Part shown: positions 10,401-19,470 of the stretch, piece by piece | How positions within the stretch are numbered: position 1 is the stretch's first letter | Layout: each line of letters opens with the position of its first letter | NCBI GenBank assembly: GCA_965198175.1 | Contig: OZ240245.1 | Location: 3,392,001-3,456,000, forward strand | DNA length: 64,000 bases | From: Candidatus Poribacteria bacterium | GTDB lineage: Bacteria; Poribacteria; WGA-4E; PCPOR2b | Direction of reading: 5' to 3' | The notes under the pieces: model-generated | Told to the model about the DNA's origin: nothing | The model's database searches: none | Seen by the model: the letters and a program-made list of their open reading frames with translations, nothing else | Program-made: the position numbers and the translations under genes

Positions 10401-12964
10401 TTGATCAGCCCAATTTCCCAATTGCCAGCTCGATCGGATTGGAATCCTATCTGGCTCCCATCCGGCGCCCATGCTGGGTAGACATCTTGATTCGTGTTCC
10501 GAGTCAATTGAACAACCTGCGCTCGGGCGCCTGATAAAAACGCTGAGGCGTTACGCACAACCCAAATCTCCAAATCTCCGTCTACGTCCGCCGCAAACGC
10601 AATCTGTTCGCCTGTAGGCGACCACGCGGGTGTGACCAACCCCTCCCTGGCGTGCGGAAGCGAAAACGCTTTCCCTGTCATTAAAGGTGGAGGGTTAGGT
10701 TGAACGTCATCAGGGAGAATCAACGCCCGATGATCGCCCCCGTCGGATCGAATCGTCCAAATTTCCCATAGTCCTCGCCTGTCAGAGTTCAACGCTGTCT
10801 GACCTGTGCCAATTTCGACAGGGCGACGTGATTGGAACATTAACCGTTCTGAATCAGGATGCCATGCGGGATTAACATCGATTGCCATGTCACGAGTCAA
10901 GCGACGGCGCGAGCTGTCCCGGAGATCAAGCGTCCAAATGTCCACAGCGCCCCCATCGTTACTAGAAAAAGCAATTTTTTGTCCATCGGGAGACCAAGCC
11001 GGTGTACGAAAAAAGATTTCCGAAGCACGATCAATTAGTAGTGTTGCACTGCTGCTACTCGCCAAGGGCAACGGTGGTGTATTATCAATTATGAGTGGCA
11101 CCCTCGTTGTTGTGTGATTGCCAGCCTCGTCGACGGCGGTCAGAGCCAGGGTATAAACACCATTTAGGTTAGAAGTGTCCCAAACGGCTAAGCGCTCTCG
11201 CTCAAATTGGATACGAATCGGCTGGCGCAGTCGTGTCCAAGTCTGCGGCGAAGTCGTTCTCCCAAACCGGAGGCGGCATTCGACGAGGTTGGAATCAACA
11301 CAGGACGCTATCACGGGGATAGGACGTGTAACCACGGTATCGGGATTGGGCAGGTGAATCTGTACAAACGGGGGATGCCGATCGACAAATACCGGAAGCG
11401 ACGGTTCAGAAAATGCACTTCGGTTTCCAACTGCATCTGAAGCCTGAATCACAGCGTGATACCGTTTGTTATCCTCGCTATGAAACTCAAAAAGGCTTTG
11501 ATTGGTTGAACCGATTTCAGTGAAATCCCCGCCATCGATTGAAACAAAAACGTAGTACTGAACTGCGCTGGGAAACGGAAAATCAGGCTGCTCTGGTGTT
11601 TCCCAAGTAAAAGTGATCCGCGAATCATTATCAAAGCCCGGACGAGCATCAGAATCTAGGTGGACAGGTTGAGCGGGTCGTGATGGAGGAATGGTATCGC
11701 GACGGCGATAAAATATTGTGGATGTGTTGGCTTCGCTTTCGCTCATTGTGAGAGAAGGTCTATTTACCCAAACGAGGTGGAGCTGCTCTGCTGGCACAGA
11801 ACCGCTTTTAGTTATCGCAGGAAGCGTTGAGGCACCCACGTCATCGACAAATTGTTCCGCAGCCGTCCATTCTTGTCCCGTTCGGCTCGCAACGCGGACG
11901 GCCCAGTTTCCTGATTCTCCTCCGTCTTGCCAAACTATCCACGCATCACCTCGACGCGCCAGAATATGCGGCGCAATCGACTCAGCTGTGTCCGCGGAGA
12001 CTTGTTGTACCCTTGCCCATGATTCCCCAGCATCCGTGCTCTCGGTCGAGAAGACATTTGCCGCTACAAACTCGCTCAAACGGCACACCCACGCGACGTG
12101 CACATGCGGTTCGAGCACGGCAATCGATGGGCGGCGACAAGCGCCAATTGAAGAAAGGCGGACATCATCGCCGACAGTCAACCCATCCCAACGTTGAACA
12201 TGAATCTGAGGGTTAGCTTCCCGGCTATCTCGCCACGTCACATAGACCGATTGCAAGCCACCGGCAACATTCGGTTCGCTAGTATCCCAATCCCCCGGCG
12301 TGATTGGCTGTGGGTGTAACCACGTTTGACCACTGTCTCGGCTGTGTGTGATAAAGGCTGTTGACCGTGTGCGTCTGGTCAATGCGCCCTTGGAATCAAG
12401 ACTATTCGTTTGACCTTCCCACACAACAGTAACCCAGTTGCTAGGCGTAGCTATCGTTGTTCCGATCTTCGGTCGATGGACGGAATCGCCTTCGCGGGAC
12501 AGTGTCCGAGGCGGACCCCAACCTCTACCATCCCATGACTTATAGCGGCATTGTGGCCCTGTTGAGCTTGATTCCAGCCAAACCAAATGGACGCGAAGTT
12601 GGTCGCAAACGACCGCGGGTTGCACAGAATCTGTGCCGCTTCTCGTAACCCTCTCCTCACGCAGCCATGTCACTCCGCCATCGCCGCTATATCGAAAAAA
12701 TATATCCCATCTACCGAGTCGATTGTCGCTCCAGGCAACGAAAACTTCGTCTCCTCGGGCACAAATTGCCGGTTCTCTCGAAACCGCAGATCCAAGTGAT
12801 AGCGGTATCCCTATAGTCCAGAATTCAGGGTTTGCGTACGAAGGATAAATGAACGCGAATCCAATGAGCCAATAGAATAAAAAGAGAAAGCAGAACCGTC
12901 CAATTCCGCTCCCTCCAACCGCACTGAGTGGAACCTTCTGGTTTCCTAGTTTCCTCGATTTCAC
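7436..12964 (-). CDS. Very large secreted protein: Asp-box (BNR) propeller, FN3/Ig-like, TolB-like PD40 propeller, further Ig-like domains, C-terminal FlgD-Ig/T9SS-CTD-like domain
   Basis: Hydrophobic N-terminal signal; SxDxGxTW Asp boxes (SGDGGVTW, SRDSGQTW, STDAGESW); multiple PAWSPDG repeats; TAxDxAGN Ig motifs; C-terminal YPNP...IYDTAGQLV...SGVYIY...GKFAVVR. Confidence 0.85.
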   Translation of the reverse strand: MKSRKLGNQKVPLSAVGGSGIGRFCFLFLFYWLIGFAFIYPSYANPEFWTIGIPLSLGSAVSREPAICARGDEVFVAWSDNRLGRWDIFFRYSGDGGVTWLREERVTRSGTDSVQPAVVCDQLRVHLVWLESSSTGPQCRYKSWDGRGWGPPRTLSREGDSVHRPKIGTTIATPSNWVTVVWEGQTNSLDSKGALTRRTRSTAFITHSRDSGQTWLHPQPITPGDWDTSEPNVAGGLQSVYVTWRDSREANPQIHVQRWDGLTVGDDVRLSSIGACRRPSIAVLEPHVHVAWVCRLSEFVAANVFSTESTDAGESWARVQQVSADTAESIAPHILARRGDAWIVWQDGGESGNWAVRVASRTGQEWTAAEQFVDDVGASTLPAITKSGSVPAEQLHLVWVNRPSLTMSESEANTSTIFYRRRDTIPPSRPAQPVHLDSDARPGFDNDSRITFTWETPEQPDFPFPSAVQYYVFVSIDGGDFTEIGSTNQSLFEFHSEDNKRYHAVIQASDAVGNRSAFSEPSLPVFVDRHPPFVQIHLPNPDTVVTRPIPVIASCVDSNLVECRLRFGRTTSPQTWTRLRQPIRIQFERERLAVWDTSNLNGVYTLALTAVDEAGNHTTTRVPLIIDNTPPLPLASSSSATLLIDRASEIFFRTPAWSPDGQKIAFSSNDGGAVDIWTLDLRDSSRRRLTRDMAIDVNPAWHPDSERLMFQSRRPVEIGTGQTALNSDRRGLWEIWTIRSDGGDHRALILPDDVQPNPPPLMTGKAFSLPHAREGLVTPAWSPTGEQIAFAADVDGDLEIWVVRNASAFLSGARAQVVQLTRNTNQDVYPAWAPDGSQIGFQSDRAGNWEIGLINMDGSSEMLLHRSSANETRPAWSPDGKSILFLSDQGEDRQSPFVLNLRDGQITQISPIDSGGQSIASPQFVDSADWSPDGKAIVYQSSDLLYTMAFEFPEPPIEARLERPVDGEQVHGKVNLFGIARGKLFQEYRLEYASISVLHKWRRIGGKSTTPVAPEPVSVENSSPFAGGFIGQWDARQLRGEYVLRLVAVSTAGDEIEDRVKVFVENEHPRLEVLYPPEGLLTTERLITVHGRVDKQSTVTLNEAMVRIDEEGEFETQLILQEGENRINIKATNPIGLETSVYRNVFWDNRPPEIIIDSPQDYVILDVPYVTVSGQVSTAEVQFLINGVVMPLHSDRRFSRTLLLQAEEPRHLGRGENLIRVEAVNRLGRRTEVQRRVIYERKVNIGKDVNPPGIAEVFPSDGAILPQTDIKITAILIDDVEIAPSTIQFSFDGEEYAFDGTEEAAIFDGKTFDFNPETGQFTHVPPLELVDGIHSFKWEVQDKGGNSAEVVYFEFFIDTQPFNAAISAKRTGDALKVIVDTNKRLTVIPSAEILPSGSLIGYTLNLDLCKVDTPDTAQAVAKDFLSFRYEGDFLIAPSQAGFTLVAGVQPPQYGKDFQLNSNLVSLVGYFTDQNRFPEIPPTPFPQSIAEQASLLTVSHLFIEGGPRVVLLQQSIKPDFKVTLRSQGGLDRSLVLAQNQNAMERRLTILQPVYIIEANVEKEDTLLWLTLPIPQPDLILDFSHLSPTMQGVQSEGIEVMENVEHIVLFWWDPRGGGWIPLDTITNQFGTLEAVGNQFGSYALLTEQDPPIIRSIRPDDGDEVPLNRFLVEAEITDEGSGVDSVQLRVDSQPVQFHYERDTGRLTYVPSDLNAGRHTLELTATDRANNSVYHHQSFFTRDIFDFADAVTVYPNPASHEVNIRFNLTKSADVTLKIYDTAGQLVHTVNWQGVTGKVPATGNEKFVWKCENQAGEAVASGVYIYILEATHGEQTVSRSGKFAVVR

Positions 12965-12967
12965 TTC

Positions 12968-13576
12968 TCACATTTGACGGAATAGCCCGATTACCTTCCC
13001 CAGGACTTGAACTTCAGACACCACAATCGCCTCCATGTTGGGGTTCTCGGGTTGCAAACAAATTTTGTCACCCTCATAGAATAATCGCTTCACCGTTGCT
13101 TCATCATCGAGCAGAGCGACAACAATGTCCCCTGGGTCCGCAACACTTTGTGATTTCACAATGACCAGATCCCCTTCCAAGATGCCCGCATCAATCATAC
13201 TTGAGCCATTGACCCGCAGCGCGAAGCATGAATCGTGCTTAATCATCTCCTTGGGAACCGGCAGACTTCCTTCTATATTCTCGGTGGCTAATAAAGGCGT
13301 TCCAGCCGCTACACGTCCAACGATAGGCACTTCACCCGCTCGCTTCAATCCCTTTTTCGTCACATCCTCCAGGATTTCAATTGCGCGCGGTTTTCCAGCC
13401 GCACGCCTAATGTAACCTTTCTTCTCGATTGCGTTCAGGTAATCGTGCGCAGCCTTCTCGGAGATTCCGAATGCCCTTCCAGTCTCGCGAACAGTCGGTG
13501 GATAGCCAAAATTGTGTAGGTGATAGGAGATAAATTCCAACACGGTCTCCTGTTTTTTTGTCAGCGGTTTACGCAT
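12968..13576 (-). CDS. lexA: SOS repressor LexA
   Basis: LTKKQ..GYPPTVRE winged HTH, VAAG cleavage site, GSSMIDAGI (Ser), EATVKR (Lys). Confidence 0.96.
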   Translation of the reverse strand: MRKPLTKKQETVLEFISYHLHNFGYPPTVRETGRAFGISEKAAHDYLNAIEKKGYIRRAAGKPRAIEILEDVTKKGLKRAGEVPIVGRVAAGTPLLATENIEGSLPVPKEMIKHDSCFALRVNGSSMIDAGILEGDLVIVKSQSVADPGDIVVALLDDEATVKRLFYEGDKICLQPENPNMEAIVVSEVQVLGKVIGLFRQM

Positions 13577-14059
13577 GGTTATTCCTCCTACGGTCTAGAA
13601 AATTAGGAGTATATGGAGCATATACTTCGGATGTTTGAACCAATTTTTGATTACCCTTAAATTTAACTATACAAAGGTTAAGATGTCAAGGAAAAACTGC
13701 ATGTGACACATCCACTTTTTTTTGAGTCCTATATTTCGGGCGGGCAAGCGGAGGAGGGGAGAGAATCGAGAAATCCAAGCTACATCGGATTTCGGAGATA
13801 TCTACGCGCAGAATTGAGGAACTTCATCGCCAATACAACTCTCTCAAGAAGCATCGAAAAAATCCATGTAACCAGACTATTTCAACAAACTAAAGTGCAA
13901 ATGCAAAAGGTTTTTGCGGCACTATACATTGCATCAAGTTCTCCGAGGTAGGGTGGATACTGCCTCCACACCGTGTTTGCGAGACTCGATACTAATCAAT
14001 AATTGGACGTTTGGACTAATCGACTTTTGGTGCACCTAGCGACTACCCTTTTCATTTAA

Positions 14060-15025
14060 TCAGTAAAGAGCTTTAATTGTGTTTTTATCCACGCCACATC
14101 GATCTAGGAACTGCCTCAATTGCCGCCATTGTCCTTTGGCAGCTTCAAAACCGCGGTTCAAAAAGAGTCCGTTCGACAGTCGTTGCGGGTTGTTGAACGG
14201 AGTATCATCACGGTTCACCGCTTGGCTACCGATGAACGTTTTGTTCTCTGTGCCGATTGGGCACTCGTTGGCACTTAGTCTTTCCGTGTCAACGAGCCAA
14301 TCAACGACTTTATGAATAACGTCCAGCCAATGCTTAACTGGCTGGTTGACGCGAGTATCTATCTTCAACCGAATCGGTTTGGTGCCCTGCGGGTAAAATT
14401 TCGATTCGAAAGTGCACCAGTTGCCAGAATCCTCTGATGGGTTATCGGGCACCTGCCGTTCTAGCGGTTCACCGGGGTTACTGCTGGGTGGATCCGGTGA
14501 AGGCTCTGGCGATATGAAGACTGGTTCTGTTGCTTCAGATGGACCGTAGTCAGAGGCAAGATTTGGTCTCCACATCGCCAACGCCTGTAACGCATTTTTA
14601 TGAGCCGGCTGTTGAGACAATTCCAACTTCATCAACCGCCGATCATTCAACCTACCTGGCCTGAAGACCTCGTACATCCCCCACTTATCGCCATCAGTCA
14701 CAATCATGTAAGGAATACCAGCTAGATTCGCATAGCCGAGAACCTGCATAATCTTATCATCCTCTATATCGCTCCCCAACTTCTTCGCTTCAATCACGGC
14801 AAGCGGATGACCGTTAGACATCAGTGCATAATCTGCCCACTGCGGCTCCACCTTATATTCAAGTTCAACCGCATCTGGATTTGATACGTCCCAGCCCAAC
14901 TCCCGCAACAACGGATCAATTAGCACTTGCCGAGTGCGCGTCTCATGCGTAGACAGATAATCACGATGCGTCTCAATCATGTCTCGTAAATTCTCAATAA
15001 TGCGTTGCACGTCATCTAATGGCAC
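14060..15025 (-). CDS. Stand-alone HsdR N-terminal-like (PD-(D/E)xK) restriction endonuclease domain protein
   Basis: ETRTRQVLIDPLLRELGWD, ADYAL, IEAKK, Q..GYA, TDG.KW; Pro-rich linker; unknown C-terminal domain. Confidence 0.8.
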   Translation of the reverse strand: MPLDDVQRIIENLRDMIETHRDYLSTHETRTRQVLIDPLLRELGWDVSNPDAVELEYKVEPQWADYALMSNGHPLAVIEAKKLGSDIEDDKIMQVLGYANLAGIPYMIVTDGDKWGMYEVFRPGRLNDRRLMKLELSQQPAHKNALQALAMWRPNLASDYGPSEATEPVFISPEPSPDPPSSNPGEPLERQVPDNPSEDSGNWCTFESKFYPQGTKPIRLKIDTRVNQPVKHWLDVIHKVVDWLVDTERLSANECPIGTENKTFIGSQAVNRDDTPFNNPQRLSNGLFLNRGFEAAKGQWRQLRQFLDRCGVDKNTIKALY

Positions 15026-15534
15026 GACTAACTCCTCTTATCTGTGAAAATTGTAGCCATTGCACCCAAAATAATACATCCTTCAAACTGACGATCCGCT
15101 TGGTTCTTATGCTGCCGGACGCAAAGTGATTGACGATTCGCTTTCATAAAGTCTACGCTATAGTTCATATATTAACATACAATCCTAATATGTGTAAATG
15201 CGAATCGAGAGACCCAAAATTAGGTACGGTTTACGCAATGGCTTCAAATCCAAAGCCTCTAAAGCCAAAGTTGCATTGATGTTGCGTCGAAGCAAAACTT
15301 TCGTTTCAGGAATTGCCTTTATTGCCATCGGCACCCGCGGCTGTCGTCGACTTTACTGTTGAATGGGTCGTAAAGAAGATGTTATAATCACATGTGTATT
15401 GTGAACGCAATCATCACATACGTTGACATTGGACGAGGTTATCGCTCACAGGAAGTGTCTCGATTGAAGGTACGAGCTGTTGCAGTGGGAGAATAGCGAT
15501 AGAGTTAAGGGTTGTTATCGAAATCAAAGGGAAA

Positions 15535-16698
15535 ATGATGGAGAGGGTATTCCTCGTCCACTATGGCGAAGTCGGACTAAAAGGGAAGAACAGATCTTTC
15601 TTTGAGAAGAAGCTAATTCAAAACATCAAGCGTTCGCTGAAAGGTCTGGGGTGCGCGGATGTTCAGCGGATATACGGGCGGATTCTGGTCAAGCTCCAAC
15701 CAGATGCGGACATCGCAGCGATTCGAGAAAAATTGGGTAAAGTTATGGGGATTGCCCATTTTGCGTTTGCTTGTGTAACTGAACAGAACATTGAGGCAAT
15801 CCAGACTGCCTCGCTCAAGTGGATTCAGGACAAAGCGTTTGAGACACTTAAGGTCGAAACCAAACGGGCGAACAAGAGCTTTCCGATGACTTCACCAGAA
15901 ATTAGCGCGGTGGTTGGCGGTTACCTCCTTGAACATACCGGCGCAAGTGCGAACATGCGCAATCCAGATTTATTGTGTTATATTGAGATTGTTGAAAAAG
16001 CAGCCTATATCCGTGCGGAAAAGATAAAGGGAATCGGGGGGCTGCCCGTTGGCGTCAGCGGAAAAGTGCTTGTCATGCTCTCGGGAGGAATTGATTCGCC
16101 CGTTGCAGCGTGGCGTATGATGAAGCGGGGTGCGAAGGCGATCCATATTCACTACTACAGCTATCCTTATACGGACAAACTATCACTCGAAAAGGTAAAG
16201 GCGCTCGCTCAGATTTTGGCGATTTGGAATTATCGCACACTAGTCTATCTTGTGCCGTTTGCAGACATACAACGCGAAATCGTGACCAGAACCCCCGCAC
16301 CATTTCGGGTAATTCTATACCGCCGCTTCATGGCTCGCATCGCGCAGCGTATCGCGAAGGCTGTAAAAGCAGACGCCTTGGTCACCGGGGAGAGTCTTGG
16401 ACAGGTCGCCTCACAAACGCTTGGCAATCTTAGAGCCATTGAAGATGCGGTGGAGATACCAATCCTTCGCCCGCTCATCGGTGATGACAAGGAAGAGATT
16501 ATCAGCCTCGCTCAACAGATTAAGACGTTTGAAATCTCTACCCTTCCGCACGATGATTGCTGCTCCCTTTTCGTTCCCGACCACCCCGCTACCAATGCCT
16601 CCATCGAAGCGGTGAGGGCAGCAGAGATGAATCTAGAAAGTGATGCACTTATTGAACAGGCGCTGGCAAGCATCGAAAAACTGACAATTGACGATTAG
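15535..16698 (+). CDS. thiI: tRNA 4-thiouridine synthase (short form, no rhodanese domain)
   Basis: HYGEVGLKGKNR, THUMP region, GGLPVG, LSGGIDSPVA PP-loop, TGESLGQVASQT, DCC. Confidence 0.95.
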   Translation: MMERVFLVHYGEVGLKGKNRSFFEKKLIQNIKRSLKGLGCADVQRIYGRILVKLQPDADIAAIREKLGKVMGIAHFAFACVTEQNIEAIQTASLKWIQDKAFETLKVETKRANKSFPMTSPEISAVVGGYLLEHTGASANMRNPDLLCYIEIVEKAAYIRAEKIKGIGGLPVGVSGKVLVMLSGGIDSPVAAWRMMKRGAKAIHIHYYSYPYTDKLSLEKVKALAQILAIWNYRTLVYLVPFADIQREIVTRTPAPFRVILYRRFMARIAQRIAKAVKADALVTGESLGQVASQTLGNLRAIEDAVEIPILRPLIGDDKEEIISLAQQIKTFEISTLPHDDCCSLFVPDHPATNASIEAVRAAEMNLESDALIEQALASIEKLTIDD

Positions 16699-16879
16699 CG
16701 CACCCGACGAGATAATGGGCAACATCGCATCAATCGCGCTTCTGAACGCTACGGTACGCATTAAATCCTGTCTACTGTAAGAAAATTACAGGAAAAAACA
16801 ACTGTACAATTACCAGTGTTTGTGACATAATAATTGAGGGTCTAGAAATTCCCCACGCTCAAGGAAGGAGGAAACTAGG

Positions 16880-17623
16880 ATGAGAACGATCGTGTTGCTG
16901 CTCATGTTTGGCACATTTATTTCCGCAACACTTAGCGGTGCTAAGGTATATTATGAGCAAGATTTTGAAAACGGTGCAGACGACTGGGAATTTCAGGATA
17001 TGGAGATTTCCCAAGAAATTGCCCATAGTGGAACCCACAGCATATTAAGCACTGGGAAAGGTGTTGGAGTTCCCAGTGCACGTGTGCCACTGGATCTGCC
17101 AAGAAAGGACCAACTCGATGATGTCATTTGGTTTTATGTTGATGGCACCCTCCAGGGCAATCCTCATCTCCATCACGTTCATGTCTGGACAAACGATGTG
17201 TGGGGATGGGTTGGTCCCCATATCGGCATCCGAGGAGATAATCTCATGGTTTATGCGATTAACGGGTTTCCTCTACCCGCGAAACCCGTAAACTTGGAGC
17301 CCCGCACATGGTATCGGTTAAAAACGGAGATAAACTTGAAAAACCAGACCTTTAACTGTTACGTTGAAACGGAAGGTGAGGAAATGGTAACCGTTTTTGA
17401 GGATACGACTTTTATCAAGAACCGGGGCGGCGCATTAGGAGACAAGATGACCGGCGGAGGGCATTATTTTCGGCAGGTTGGTAAATGGGAGAGTCCAGGT
17501 GCAGATGTTTACTTCGACGATCTTCAAATTGCCGACGAAATTCCATCTCTGAAAGATGCGAAGCGAGTCCAAGCTGCTGGCAACTTGACAACAATATGGG
17601 GAAAAATTAAAACAGAATATTGA
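16880..17623 (+). CDS. Secreted beta-sandwich protein with C-terminal TTxWGxIK tail
   Basis: Signal peptide, YEQDFENG, VYFDDLQI, tail VQAAGNLTTIWGKIK. Confidence 0.75.
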   Translation: MRTIVLLLMFGTFISATLSGAKVYYEQDFENGADDWEFQDMEISQEIAHSGTHSILSTGKGVGVPSARVPLDLPRKDQLDDVIWFYVDGTLQGNPHLHHVHVWTNDVWGWVGPHIGIRGDNLMVYAINGFPLPAKPVNLEPRTWYRLKTEINLKNQTFNCYVETEGEEMVTVFEDTTFIKNRGGALGDKMTGGGHYFRQVGKWESPGADVYFDDLQIADEIPSLKDAKRVQAAGNLTTIWGKIKTEY

Positions 17624-18154
17624 TGAAGGTGCCTCAATGTAGCGGTAATAGCTGTTCCTTCAAACCCGCTTTATCATTGGTTTCCGGGGCGGAGAGGAGT
17701 TTCGAGTGACCCCTCCTAACTCCTTTCCGGATCGGTTATCCTTGTTGCTTTCTGAAGAGCGCCGTTGTTCCGTTATCTGGTACAGTGGCGCATTTATTTT
17801 TCGAAAGACCCAAATGTCGCCCTCTGATTTCTCAGGCGAGCTGCTCACTCTACAAAGTCAAGTTGAATTGGTCTATTTGAATCTGTAGCAAGGTGGTTTG
17901 TCGGTGTTTTGACGAGCGTCAATAGTGGGGTTGAAAAAGTTTGACACAGTACCTAAAAGGGTGATAAGATTTCTCACGGATACTATCCAACGTGGGTCGC
18001 GGAAGTCCCCATGTGATTCGCTTCTTCTGAACTTAATAATGTTGTGGCTCGCGATACTGTAGCGTCCCAATTCTTGAGACAAACGGTATCGGACTGCCGA
18101 AGTTTTAACTAATGCCAAAACTGAACGACTAATCCAATTTCAGGAGGAAATGAC

Positions 18155-19009
18155 ATGAAAACCAAGATACAATCATGGCTGCTCGGTTTGGCTGTTTTTA
18201 TCTTGACTTTCTCCGCCTATGCGTTCGAGAAAGGAGACATCGTAGGGTATTGGCCGGCTGATGAAGGACGTGGTAGTAAAGTCGCGGATCTGGCTGGTGG
18301 TCTAGATGGTACCCTAAGCGTCGGACCCGATTGGGACGGGAAACCCCATGATGACGCATGGGTCGACGGCAAATTTGGTAAAGGCTTGGAATTCAACGCA
18401 AGCAAGAGTTGGTTTGTACTCCTCGGAACCAATGACACCTTTGACCAACTCGGCAAGCCGGACACAGCTTTTAGTGTCGCTTACTGGCTCAAATCCAATA
18501 TGACATCGGGAAAGGGTAGAACGATTGAGAAAGGATCGAGCGGATGGACGCAAGGGTGGCATGCCGCGTTAGTCAACGGAAGAGCCTTTTCAGAAGCCGT
18601 TGATGCGGTTGCTCCGGGATGGGCACTTCATGGAAAGACGAACGTTGCTGATAGCAAATGGCATCACGTTGTTCATGTTTTTAATTTGGATGCCCTTGAA
18701 GCAAAACTTTATGTTGACGCCAAGTTGGATGCGACGTTGGGTGTCGCCAGCGATAAGGACATCGCTGGGATCGACTGGCCCATCGTCTTTGGGGCTTTAG
18801 GGAATGTACCAGAGTGTTGCGGCGGGAACCAACCGTTGATGTTTGAGTTCTTCAACGGCACGATGGACGAGATGGCTATCTTTAGCAAGGAGCTAGACGT
18901 AGCAGAAATCGAAGAGTTGATGGACCATCCTATCGGTGATATGCTCGCGGTTGTTGAACCCACGAGTAAACTCGCAACCTATTGGGGAGCACTCAAAGCG
19001 ACCCGTTAA
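18155..19009 (+). CDS. Secreted LamG-like jellyroll protein with C-terminal TxWGxLK tail
   Basis: Signal peptide; VGYWPADEG, DGKFGKGLEF, WHHVV, LYVDAK, FNGTMDEMAIF; tail VEPTSKLATYWGALK. Confidence 0.85.
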   Translation: MKTKIQSWLLGLAVFILTFSAYAFEKGDIVGYWPADEGRGSKVADLAGGLDGTLSVGPDWDGKPHDDAWVDGKFGKGLEFNASKSWFVLLGTNDTFDQLGKPDTAFSVAYWLKSNMTSGKGRTIEKGSSGWTQGWHAALVNGRAFSEAVDAVAPGWALHGKTNVADSKWHHVVHVFNLDALEAKLYVDAKLDATLGVASDKDIAGIDWPIVFGALGNVPECCGGNQPLMFEFFNGTMDEMAIFSKELDVAEIEELMDHPIGDMLAVVEPTSKLATYWGALKATR

Positions 19010-19470
19010 GCCAATGGTGCTAGTTTTAGAAATTGAAGTGTAGATAAAAAGACAACGAAACTGACTTGCTTCACTTTGGTTTTTATCGGACAATTGTTCA
19101 TCGCTGGAGACAGCCGCGGGCATTAAGCGCATAGGTAGAATATAACGGCTTTCCGTCTTGAGTCATATTGGTGTGTGAAGTATAACAACTGCTTTTATAG
19201 TCGGTTGACGAGGGCGGTTGGACCCAGATCATGGTATCACTATTCAGCGGGATATGGAAGTGGGAGACGGTAGCTGATTTGAAAGTTTATCATGCCAAGG
19301 GCTCGACGCTCTCATCGAGGCCTTGGACTTTCAGTCGGAGACCGGGGATTCTCTGTCACGAAGTGACCGGCACTTTTGCCAGATTTTCACTAACTCGCTG
19401 ACGGCCACGACCCATTCAGCAGCCACAATTGGACCCGCTCCAGAGAAAATATGAATTAAACCCTAGGCAT

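Noticed and set aside
17985..18120. c-di-GMP-I riboswitch upstream of the LamG gene
   Set aside because: Only a 3'-like GGACTGCCGA segment is present; the conserved GCAAA/GACGCAAAG core is not recognisable.
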